Positions 1 through 7,941 of a stretch of 19,426 nucleotides of DNA are shown piece by piece. The first letter of the stretch is position 1, and every line of letters begins with the position of its first letter. This stretch comes from Ignisphaera sp. (GTDB lineage: Archaea > Thermoproteota > Thermoprotei_A > Sulfolobales > Ignisphaeraceae): positions 97,887 to 117,312 of the forward strand of contig JAWAHS010000004.1 of assembly GCA_038889075.1 (NCBI GenBank). Reading direction: 5' to 3'. The notes under the pieces were generated by a model, which was not told the DNA's origin, searched no databases, and was given only the letters and a program-made list of their open reading frames with translations. Position numbers and translations under genes: made by a program.

Positions 1-1357
1 AATTGCCCTTAAGGCTCCATATAGTCAGCCTATGGATATCATTAACTAACTTGTTAGAGCATGCGAAAGAGCCTATCGGCTCAAGATCAGCATGTACAAC
101 AACAGCCTCTATATCGTCTAGCGATGGTGGGGCTATAGGGCCGCTCACCTCTACATATCTAAAGCCGTGGTATGTAAACCTGGGCTCTAGAACCTCTACA
201 CCATCGCCCCGCAGGATGAAGATGTCTGTAGCTTCTGCAGCCCCTAGATTCTTTGTGTTTAGGGTGCCATCGCTGTTAATAACCTCTGCATATCTTATCC
301 TCACCTCACCGCCGCTTGGACCCCTTACACGTACCCTTACCCAGCCAGTGATGTTCTGACCAACATCAAATACATATACGTTTGGGCTTGGGCTGTAGAC
401 CTCCCTAGGCTTGAGTACAGCTACAGCCTTTGTAGCTGGGATGGCTGTAGAGGATACCAGGACACCCCTTGGGGGAGTCACACCGGAGCACTGCCTCCAG
501 CTAGAGTCATCGAAACCAGGTTTGTCCCACCCTAGGGGCTCTAGCCTTGCATCGTATCTAAAGCCATCGTATATATCGTCACCTATAATTGGGCCTCTAT
601 CGAGGCACTTCCACATCTCATCTGTGTACAGCTCGTATACCCTACCATCAGTAAGCTTCACCCTCAGCATGAGGAGGAGCTTGGGCTCATCGTAGTACCT
701 TACCCTTAGGAACCCCCTCTCAAACTTCTGGCTATACCTACCTCTACCAAGCATAACGGCAATGGCGTTTGCCCCCCTTCTAACGGTGTTAGTCACATCG
801 TATACAGTATAGTATATCCTCTTGTCATATTCACTCCAGAGGGGGTCTAGAGCCCTATCCCCAATTCTTACACCATTAACCCTAAGCTCATAGTAGCCCA
901 GGCCAGCTATATACACCTTCGCATCGGCGATATCCCCATCTATATAGAACTCCCTTCTAAGAAGCTGGCCACCGCCAATCCACACACCCCTCCACTCACT
1001 AGGGCTGAGAATGGCCGTCTCAAACCATGCTACATCACTCCACCCACTCTCCCTGCCATCGGCATCCCACCACTTAACCCTCCAGAAATACCTTGTAAAG
1101 CTCTTTAGAGGTGGCCCACCATACTCAACCACATTAGAGTCCGACTCAACAACACCACTATCCCAAACGTCACCCACACCACCTAGGGCATTCTCATAGC
1201 TAGAGCTAACTATAATTCTATAGGCCTTCTGTCGCTGGCCCCTACCACTATGCAGTGGAATCCATGAGAATCTCGGCCTCGGGTCATCGATACCAAGAGG
1301 GTTTCTGGCAAACTCAACCCTAGCGTCTACAGCCTTTAATACTTCACCACAACCCAT
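1..1357 (-). CDS. Alpha-L-rhamnosidase, GH78 family (N-terminal ~452 aa; runs off the left edge)
   Basis: Absent from the ORF track. Hand translation from ATG at 1357 is open to the edge: MGCGEVLKAVDARVEFARNPLGIDDPRPRFSW...VWDSGVVESD...YFWRVKWWD...LLRREF...IAGLGYYELRVNG...YYTVYDVT...IYDGFRYDAR...VFDVGQNITGWVR...EPRFTYHGFRYVEV...GSFACSNKLVNDIHRLTIWSLKGN. These are typical GH78 N-terminal and beta-sandwich motifs. The catalytic barrel lies outside the window. Confidence 0.93.
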   Translation of the reverse strand, partial: MGCGEVLKAVDARVEFARNPLGIDDPRPRFSWIPLHSGRGQRQKAYRIIVSSSYENALGGVGDVWDSGVVESDSNVVEYGGPPLKSFTRYFWRVKWWDADGRESGWSDVAWFETAILSPSEWRGVWIGGGQLLRREFYIDGDIADAKVYIAGLGYYELRVNGVRIGDRALDPLWSEYDKRIYYTVYDVTNTVRRGANAIAVMLGRGRYSQKFERGFLRVRYYDEPKLLLMLRVKLTDGRVYELYTDEMWKCLDRGPIIGDDIYDGFRYDARLEPLGWDKPGFDDSSWRQCSGVTPPRGVLVSSTAIPATKAVAVLKPREVYSPSPNVYVFDVGQNITGWVRVRVRGPSGGEVRIRYAEVINSDGTLNTKNLGAAEATDIFILRGDGVEVLEPRFTYHGFRYVEVSGPIAPPSLDDIEAVVVHADLEPIGSFACSNKLVNDIHRLTIWSLKGN

Positions 1358-1394
1358 ATTTGTAGCACCAGCTATATCCAGGTAGCGGATACAA

Positions 1395-1407
1395 TTTTAA
1401 ATTTTTA
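1395..1407 (-). promoter_or_regulatory. Putative BRE-TATA promoter of the GH78 gene
   Basis: Minus strand reads TAAAAATTTAAAA about 38 nt before the ATG, with a GGTG ribosome-site-like word in between. Confidence 0.5.
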
Positions 1408-1518
1408 GATGTGTAGACACCACTGCAAACACACTAAGTTTAGCGGCCGCTGGCCAGCTATTGATGTTGCCAGCCCTTGGTGCAGCCCGTGATACAGTTT
1501 CACTGGTCCAGCAGCCGG

Positions 1519-1560
1519 AAAAGTCTTTTATACCCGCTGGAGTGCTGCTCACATATGTGA
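1519..1560 (+). promoter_or_regulatory. Putative bioY promoter (BRE-TATA) followed by a 12-bp palindrome
   Basis: AAAAGTC-TTTTATA (TATA 1526-1532) lies 35 nt before ATG 1568. A perfect palindrome TCACATATGTGA sits at 1549-1560. Confidence 0.5.
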
Positions 1561-1567
1561 CAGTTTC

Positions 1568-2221
1568 ATGATACGTAGAGATCCGGAGGGTATAACGCAC
1601 TATGTGTTGGGTATAGGCCTCTCCATACTTACTGGATTACTGGCCCAGCTGTACCTCTACCTAGGCCCTATTCCATATACAATGCAGTGTATGGGTGTTG
1701 TGATGGCCGGGCTTCTTCTACCCCCAAGGTACTCACTGCTCTCCATGGCCCTCTACCTCATATTTACAGTGCTCGGGCTCCCTCTAGCAGCAGGTCTTAG
1801 GGGTGGTGTAGTGGTGCTGTTTGGTCCAACAGGTGGCTACCTACTGGGGTTTCTAGTATCAGCACCCCTTATGAGTATCCTCACGAGACTCTACCTTAGA
1901 TTTAGGGGGCGTGGATTAGCGGATATACGGCCCATTGATACCGTGGCACTGCTATGCTTTTCACTTCTAGCCCTATTCCCAACATACCTTCTCGGCTTTG
2001 CTGTATTTACATACTATGCACTTGGTGATCAGAAGCTTATGCTGTGGGCAGCTAACCTAGTTAAGTTGGTTGGCCTAGATGTCCGTGAGCCTCTGGCTGC
2101 CCTCTTTATAGCTACGGTAGCAATTTTTATACCGCAGGACATCTTTATGGACTCTCTACTCGCTATTGCTGCATCGAAGTATGTTGCTAGGCTGCTAAGA
2201 TTTAGAGGTATTGTGGTGTAG
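1568..2221 (+). CDS. bioY: ECF transporter S component, biotin transporter BioY
   Basis: BioY motifs GPIPYTMQ, YLIFTVLGLPLAAG and FGPTGGYLLGF; multi-pass hydrophobic protein; followed by ATPase and T-component genes. Confidence 0.92.
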   Translation: MIRRDPEGITHYVLGIGLSILTGLLAQLYLYLGPIPYTMQCMGVVMAGLLLPPRYSLLSMALYLIFTVLGLPLAAGLRGGVVVLFGPTGGYLLGFLVSAPLMSILTRLYLRFRGRGLADIRPIDTVALLCFSLLALFPTYLLGFAVFTYYALGDQKLMLWAANLVKLVGLDVREPLAALFIATVAIFIPQDIFMDSLLAIAASKYVARLLRFRGIVV

Positions 2222-2225
2222 TGGT

Positions 2226-3479
2226 GTGGGTGCTGTAGAGACTAGAGACCTATCTATATCAGTGGGTGGTAGAGCTATACTGAGTGGACTGAATCTGTAT
2301 ATAGAGAGGAATACAGTAACTGTTGTAACAGGGCCCTCAGGCTCTGGAAAAACAACCCTGCTAAAGGTGTTGGCAGGCTACATCCCCAACCTGTATAGGC
2401 TATACAGTATATCTGGAATGGTTAGAGTATTTGGTATGCAGCCCCTCGATGCTCTACTGAGCGGCCTAGTAGCCTACATCCCACAGGACACATGGTCATT
2501 CTTCATAGGTCGCAGTGTATGTGATGAGCTTGCCATACTTGGTATGGAGGAGGGGTACAGCAGCGAGCTCTGCTCGAGGCCTATAGAGGTGCTCTCCGAT
2601 GGGGAGCTATATGACATGCTCATACAGCTCTCCCTACATCTTGGTGCCAGGCTTATACTTGTTGATGAGCCCTCCACACACTTGGACTGCAATAAGCTAG
2701 AGTATGTTATGGAGAGGTTTAGAGAGCTGGCTGATGAGGGGAGACTAACGGTTGTTGTGGCAGACCATAGGTACCAGAGCTATGCAGAGTATGTAGATAG
2801 TGTTGTAGAGATTGGGGATAGCTATGGCGGGGATAGATCTACAAGAGTAGAGCGTCACAAACTCTACGGTAGAGCTGCACTAAGGGTGGATGATCTGTGG
2901 GTTAGGCTCGGCAGTAGATATATTGTGGAGGGGCTTAGCCTGGAGGCCAGAGAGGGTGAGGCTGTAGCTCTGTACGGTGGGAATGGGGCTGGTAAGACAA
3001 CTCTACTAAAGGTTCTGGCAGGCTTCATAAAGCCTGATAGGGGCTCTATTGAGAGGTCTGGGGATGTATTCTATATACCTCAGAGACCAGTATACTGGTT
3101 CTCTACAGCTAGTGTTGGAGATGAGCTTAAGCTGTATTCAAGGGTCTATGGCAGGGGTCTGGATGCTGTTAATAGTGCTGTAGAGCTCTTCAACCTCTCT
3201 AAAGTTATTGATAGAGACCCCTATACGCTAAGTGTTGGTGAGGCTAGAAGACTTTCACTAGCACTATCATACATAGCTTCACCAAAAATACTTCTACTAG
3301 ATGAACCAACACTAGGCCTAGATAGAAGCTCTACCGAAATTCTGTATAGCTACCTAGATATAGCCAGAGAGAATGGCACATGTATAGTTATGGCAACACA
3401 CAGTAGATGGGCTGTGGAGCAAGCCGATAGAGTGGTTAGGCTTGAGAGCTCAAATGGCTGTAGCGAGCAGTGCCGTTGA
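2226..3479 (+). CDS. ECF-type ABC ATPase with two fused nucleotide-binding domains
   Basis: Two Walker A (GPSGSGKTT, GGNGAGKTT), two Walker B (ILVDEP, LLLDEP) and two H-loops (ADH, ATH). Signatures deviate (LSDGE, LSVGE). The ORF track starts at TTG 2211; GTG 2226 has a GGTG 7 nt upstream and avoids the bioY overlap. Confidence 0.88.
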   Translation: MGAVETRDLSISVGGRAILSGLNLYIERNTVTVVTGPSGSGKTTLLKVLAGYIPNLYRLYSISGMVRVFGMQPLDALLSGLVAYIPQDTWSFFIGRSVCDELAILGMEEGYSSELCSRPIEVLSDGELYDMLIQLSLHLGARLILVDEPSTHLDCNKLEYVMERFRELADEGRLTVVVADHRYQSYAEYVDSVVEIGDSYGGDRSTRVERHKLYGRAALRVDDLWVRLGSRYIVEGLSLEAREGEAVALYGGNGAGKTTLLKVLAGFIKPDRGSIERSGDVFYIPQRPVYWFSTASVGDELKLYSRVYGRGLDAVNSAVELFNLSKVIDRDPYTLSVGEARRLSLALSYIASPKILLLDEPTLGLDRSSTEILYSYLDIARENGTCIVMATHSRWAVEQADRVVRLESSNGCSEQCR

Positions 3480-4173
3480 AGCTCTGTATAGACATCGACG
3501 TGAGGTCCCCACAGCTCTACCGATACTGCTGCTAGCCCTAGCAACAGTAGCGGCATTTATAGCACCACTACAGCTACTTCTAGCCCTAGTGGCCATGGAG
3601 CTCACCTATCTAGCCATATCTATGGGGGGTATCAGGAGGCTCCTCCAAACCGCTGTACAGCCAATGGCAGTACTCATAGCGCCGTTTCTCCTACTCTCAG
3701 CCGTTATACAGGCGGTAGTCAGTGGTATAGATATATCTATACTGACGCTATCCGCAGTAAGGGTAGCACTACTCTATCTAACGGCCATAGTCTCCATTAG
3801 GATGCTGTCCATGGCTAGACTAGTGAGAGATGTGTCCAGAGTCAGCCCATTGATGGCGCTATCCATTGCGGTAGGTATTAGAATGCTTACCATAGGTCTA
3901 TATACACTAAATGAGGTGAAAGCCATATACAGCACCAATATAGCTACCAAGTGTAGCCACTTCAAATGCAGAGTAGAGTACACCACACTTCTAGCAAAGG
4001 CTATAACAAGGGTATTCATATATACAGTACTTGACGTAGGGGAGTCGATCTACAGTAGATACAGCTGCATATGGATCAAACAGCACCCAAAATATATTAA
4101 GAATCGGAATTGTGTAGACGATATGAAGATTGTACCGACCTCCTCCCTTTCCTTAAGATGGGGTTCTCTTTAG
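3454..4173 (+). CDS. Probable ECF transmembrane (EcfT-like) component, divergent
   Basis: Multi-TM protein overlapping the ATPase stop, third gene of a BioY operon. C-terminal helices end in GESIYSRY where EcfT has an ARG motif. The ORF track starts at 3442; ATG 3454 is preferred. Confidence 0.65.
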   Translation: MAVASSAVEALYRHRREVPTALPILLLALATVAAFIAPLQLLLALVAMELTYLAISMGGIRRLLQTAVQPMAVLIAPFLLLSAVIQAVVSGIDISILTLSAVRVALLYLTAIVSIRMLSMARLVRDVSRVSPLMALSIAVGIRMLTIGLYTLNEVKAIYSTNIATKCSHFKCRVEYTTLLAKAITRVFIYTVLDVGESIYSRYSCIWIKQHPKYIKNRNCVDDMKIVPTSSLSLRWGSL

Positions 4174-4291
4174 AGTAGAGGGTTTCTCGTATCCACTCAA
4201 GGTCACATCTTTCATATATGGAATGGTCTGAGGGTTAATCTTAGTTGCATAGAGTTGTGTGAGGTAATGATGGCCGATACCGTGTTTCATA

Positions 4292-5830
4292 TTAAGAGCT
4301 TTTCTTAGTAATAATTCTGATTACATATGGGTGTCTCTGAATTTCATCTACCGGTGTTTTTAGCTTTAAGCCATCTGCGTCTATGCTCCACCCTACTTTT
4401 TTCTCAATACCTACTATATCTACATCTACTATACCATTTTCGGCTAGCTTAATGTTTTTGGTAAAGGCCCTTAGCACTACTTCCTCTTTGGGTCTTCCAA
4501 GCACTATTGCATATATATAGTTGTAGCCAGGGTAACAGTCTCTGAAGGTGTATCTAATATCCTCACCAGTAAATGCTAGTTTTCTCTCTATAAAGAATCC
4601 CCCTTCTCCCACCTCTGTAGGCCCCTCACCATAGACCCTCCATGGCCTTGCCCCATAGACGCTCTCCCCATACACTTTAAACCACTCTCCAATATCTAGA
4701 AGTATTCTTTTTGATTCTTCAGGTATTGTGCCGTCGGGCTTAGGCCCTATATTTAGAAGGAATACCCCATTCTTACTAACGACATCAGCCATATGTGCTA
4801 TCAGTGTTTCAGAGGATTTATACTCAGCATCTCTTATGAAGCCCCATGATCTGTAGTCTACTGATGTATCTGCAAGCCATATGGAGGGGTATATGGTTTT
4901 TATTGTACCTCGTTCTGCGAGATCTGGTACTGCTGTACCCTCCTTAAAAGCCCCATGCTTGTACACTATAACGGGCTCTATACCCCATCTATAGCACCTA
5001 TTATAGTAGTATGCTGCAAAAGCCTTTAGATAGGATTGGAAGGAGAGGTTTGCAATCCACCAATCGAAATACACTATCCATGGACGGTACCTCTCAACAA
5101 TCTCCACCAGTCTAAGAAGCCAGTCCGTAAGAAATTCTCTATCTGGGGGGATATTATCTTTTGATGGTGGTGCCCTGGGATCTAGTAGGGCAGGCTGTGC
5201 GGGACCATATAGATCAAAGTACTTTGGGTCTCTAACGTCAGACTCTATCCTCATACCATGATCGAAGAACCACCAGTGTTCAGCCCTATGATATGATACA
5301 CCAAATACTAGCCCCTGTCTCTCAACAGCTTCCCTAAGCTCTCCAACAACATCCCTCTTAGGACCCATCCTTGCAGCACACCACCTGGTATAGGTAGAAT
5401 CCCACAGTGCAAAACCATCATGGTGTTCGGCAACAAGAACAACAAATTTAGCTCCACTCCTCTTAAAGAGCTTTGCCCATTCATCAGGATCCCAATTCTC
5501 TGCAGTAAACATTGGTATAAAGTCTTTGTAGCCAAATGTAGTTAAGGGTCCGAAATTCTTTGTATGGTATTGATATTCAGGTCTGTCAGGCATATACATG
5601 TGTCTAGGGTACCATTCATTACCAAAGGCAGGGACTGAATACACACCCCAGTGGATAAAGATGCCAAATTTAGAGTCTATAAACCATTTAGGAACTCTAT
5701 AGTTTTTTAAAGAGCTCCAGGAGGGTTTAAAGGGACCTTTAAATGGAGCTGGAATAGACTTTAGGATGGTGTATGGATCTATAGTAATATTTTCAAACAT
5801 TGCAACTAGGGGATCTACACCTAGAGACAA
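4292..5830 (-). CDS. fucA: Alpha-L-fucosidase, GH29 family, intact single reading frame
   Basis: GH29 motifs KFGIFIHWGVYSVP, EWY, AEHHDGFALWDS, YFDWW (nucleophile D256) and VSKNGVFLLNIGPKPDGTIP. TTG 5830 has AGGTG 8 nt upstream; ATG 5800 is an alternative start. Confidence 0.96.
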   Translation of the reverse strand: MSLGVDPLVAMFENITIDPYTILKSIPAPFKGPFKPSWSSLKNYRVPKWFIDSKFGIFIHWGVYSVPAFGNEWYPRHMYMPDRPEYQYHTKNFGPLTTFGYKDFIPMFTAENWDPDEWAKLFKRSGAKFVVLVAEHHDGFALWDSTYTRWCAARMGPKRDVVGELREAVERQGLVFGVSYHRAEHWWFFDHGMRIESDVRDPKYFDLYGPAQPALLDPRAPPSKDNIPPDREFLTDWLLRLVEIVERYRPWIVYFDWWIANLSFQSYLKAFAAYYYNRCYRWGIEPVIVYKHGAFKEGTAVPDLAERGTIKTIYPSIWLADTSVDYRSWGFIRDAEYKSSETLIAHMADVVSKNGVFLLNIGPKPDGTIPEESKRILLDIGEWFKVYGESVYGARPWRVYGEGPTEVGEGGFFIERKLAFTGEDIRYTFRDCYPGYNYIYAIVLGRPKEEVVLRAFTKNIKLAENGIVDVDIVGIEKKVGWSIDADGLKLKTPVDEIQRHPYVIRIITKKSS

Positions 5831-5864
5831 TATTCATGCACCTATAAGTAGTGGTGATCTCTTC

Positions 5865-5878
5865 TATAAAAATTTTTG
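5865..5878 (-). promoter_or_regulatory. Putative BRE-TATA promoter of the fucosidase
   Basis: Minus strand CAAAAATTTTTATA about 35 nt before the start, in the 107-nt gap after dppC. The T-run could also terminate the upstream transcript. Confidence 0.55.
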
Positions 5879-5937
5879 GTGGGGAGCGCTGTATAGACAT
5901 AGTAGAAAATGCCTTTCCAGTACGGACTGGAAAGGTT

Positions 5938-6783
5938 TTAGAGCCCTATCTGCTGAAGTTTTCTGCTGATGGCTAAAGGCATTAGGTATAGTGATAAAAC
6001 CATTGCTGATAGTATTGCTCCTGGAGGTATAAACCACCACCAAGCACCTACAACAAATGCATTCATTATAAGAACTTGATTCAATATCCATCCCAGTGTT
6101 ACAACATTTGTTGCACCTAGGCCTAGTAGGCTTATACCAGTTTCTGTAAATACAGCTGAGCCATATATTCCTCCAAACTGTAGAAATATATAGGGTAGCA
6201 CATTAGGGGCAATCTCTCTAAATATAATTACAACTGATTTCTTTCCGCTGATTTTAGCCAAGTCTATAAACTCCTTCTCTCTTATAGCTAATGCCAGTGC
6301 TCTTATGGCTCTTGCAGAAGCTGGCCATGCAATTAATCCGCCGATTAGAAAAGCAACAAAGTACATGCTTCTAATTTTAACCAGTGAGGAAAGTAATAGT
6401 AGAAGAGGTAGCTGTGGAATTAACAAAAATATGTTTATTATTGCATTCAAAATCTCTCCAGCTAAGCCCCTCAGAAAACCGCTCAAAAGTCCGAGGAAGG
6501 ACGCTATAGCAATTCCTATTAATCCTGCCACCACCCCTATTAATAGGGAATTCTTTATACCGTGAACTATCTGGGCAAATACATCTCTACCCAACGCATC
6601 GGTTCCCAAGATAAATCTATTTGAAGGTGGCTGTAGCCTGTCCCCCACAATTCTCAGGGGATCTCTAGTAAATAGAGATCCCATAATTCCTATAATAGCT
6701 AATCCAATGAAAATTAGTAGAAGTGCCACAAAATATTTATCGCGGATAACATATAGGAATAGATTTCTCTTAGGAATACTCAT
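5938..6783 (-). CDS. dppC: Dpp/Opp-family ABC transporter permease (DppC-like)
   Basis: PPSNRFILGTDALGRDVFAQ, EAA loop KEFIDLAKISG, ETGISLLGLG and WWWFIPPG. GAGGT ribosome site upstream. Confidence 0.93.
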   Translation of the reverse strand: MSIPKRNLFLYVIRDKYFVALLLIFIGLAIIGIMGSLFTRDPLRIVGDRLQPPSNRFILGTDALGRDVFAQIVHGIKNSLLIGVVAGLIGIAIASFLGLLSGFLRGLAGEILNAIINIFLLIPQLPLLLLLSSLVKIRSMYFVAFLIGGLIAWPASARAIRALALAIREKEFIDLAKISGKKSVVIIFREIAPNVLPYIFLQFGGIYGSAVFTETGISLLGLGATNVVTLGWILNQVLIMNAFVVGAWWWFIPPGAILSAMVLSLYLMPLAISRKLQQIGL

Positions 6784-6794
6784 ATGTTTCTACC

Positions 6795-7862
6795 TCATGC
6801 CTCTTCACTTACATATGCAGCACCTATCCTAGGATTCAGGATACCATAGATAATTTCTATAATAAGTGTACCGATCGACACTATTAACATTATCATTAGG
6901 AATAGAGCCTCCATTAAAGGATAGTCTAATGTAAAGGTGGCTAAATAAAGGTAGAATCCCAGCCCCTGATACCCAAATACAACTTCTACCAATAGTGTTT
7001 GAGAGATTAAACCCACTAATGTTAGAGGAAACCATGATAGTTGAGGTAGAATGGCGCTTCTCAATACATATTTACTTACTCTACCCTTGGAAAATCCAAG
7101 AAATGAACACCATTCTACATATGAAGACCTGGTTTCAGACGCGACAGCAGCCTTCATTCCAGCTGCATAGCCCCCTATTGTTGGTATTAAGAGTGTTAAA
7201 AACGGTAAAGTATAATGCCATAAAACATCCACCACAAAATCAAGTGATAGTATTGGCGCCAGCCATCTCTCAGAGTAAGCCCCTTTTATAGGGAATATCT
7301 GAAATGTTACAGCGAAGATGTATAGCATTATCATGGCCATCCAATAGTATGGCGTTTGCAATAATATTGTAAATGAATAGAAAATGGTGTTAATTATCTT
7401 TGATGGCCTAAGGGCCGCCTGAAGTCCAAGATAGGTTCCCACAACAAATCCTATAATAAGCACCGGTACTATGAGCATTAAAGTCCATGGCAGTGCATCC
7501 AAAACCACCCTTGAAACACTCTGTGGATATCTTACATATGAAATTCCAAAATCAAGTGTAAAGATTCTCTTCCAGAATAAAAGATACTGATATAATGGTG
7601 GTTTATCCAAACCAAATAATTCAGTAAAACGTGCCTTAATTTCTTCTATCTTTCCAGTTGCAGTTGCAGAACCACCAACTACTCCGAGGCCTACACCACC
7701 ACCACCCAATACACGAAGTAAAAAGATATCCACAGGGCTAATCCCCATTAAACGCGGTATAAAGTACACCAAATTAAGGCATATCATCAATACTAAAAGT
7801 GAGAAAGCCGCTTTTCTAATGACAAATTTTAGAAAGCGTGTATATATACCTCTATTGAACAT
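6795..7862 (-). CDS. dppB: Dpp/Opp-family ABC transporter permease (DppB-like)
   Basis: FGLDKPPLYQY, DFGISY, LPWTL, HYTLP, VEVVFGYQGLG, DYPLM and YGILNPRI. GAGGTGA upstream of the ATG. Confidence 0.93.
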   Translation of the reverse strand: MFNRGIYTRFLKFVIRKAAFSLLVLMICLNLVYFIPRLMGISPVDIFLLRVLGGGGVGLGVVGGSATATGKIEEIKARFTELFGLDKPPLYQYLLFWKRIFTLDFGISYVRYPQSVSRVVLDALPWTLMLIVPVLIIGFVVGTYLGLQAALRPSKIINTIFYSFTILLQTPYYWMAMIMLYIFAVTFQIFPIKGAYSERWLAPILSLDFVVDVLWHYTLPFLTLLIPTIGGYAAGMKAAVASETRSSYVEWCSFLGFSKGRVSKYVLRSAILPQLSWFPLTLVGLISQTLLVEVVFGYQGLGFYLYLATFTLDYPLMEALFLMIMLIVSIGTLIIEIIYGILNPRIGAAYVSEEA

Positions 7863-7894
7863 GAAACCTTGCTCACCTCAACAAGTGAACAGTA

Positions 7895-7941
7895 TCAATC
7901 TTAAGTAGTATAAAAAATAGCATGAGGTTTAAAAAGTTTTG
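7895..7941 (-). promoter_or_regulatory. T-rich element between dppA and dppB (terminator and/or internal promoter)
   Basis: Directly after the dppA stop the minus strand reads CAAAACTTTTTAAACC...TATTTTTTATA, nearly the same core as upstream of dppA (AAAAACTTTTTAAG). Confidence 0.45.

Noticed and set aside
3-1199. Plus-strand ORFs 3-359, 411-695 and 1011-1199
   Set aside because: Antisense shadows of the GH78 gene; Ser/Pro-rich with no motifs.
1397-1600. 67-aa minus-strand ORF across the divergent gap
   Set aside because: Overlaps the bioY start and both putative promoters; no recognisable features.
4092-4290. Short minus-strand frames after fucA (MKHGIGHHY..., 45 aa; another frame reading IYERCDLEWIRETLYSKENP)
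   Set aside because: They overlap the convergent T-component end and show no family motif; a gene or pseudogene call would need BLASTx.
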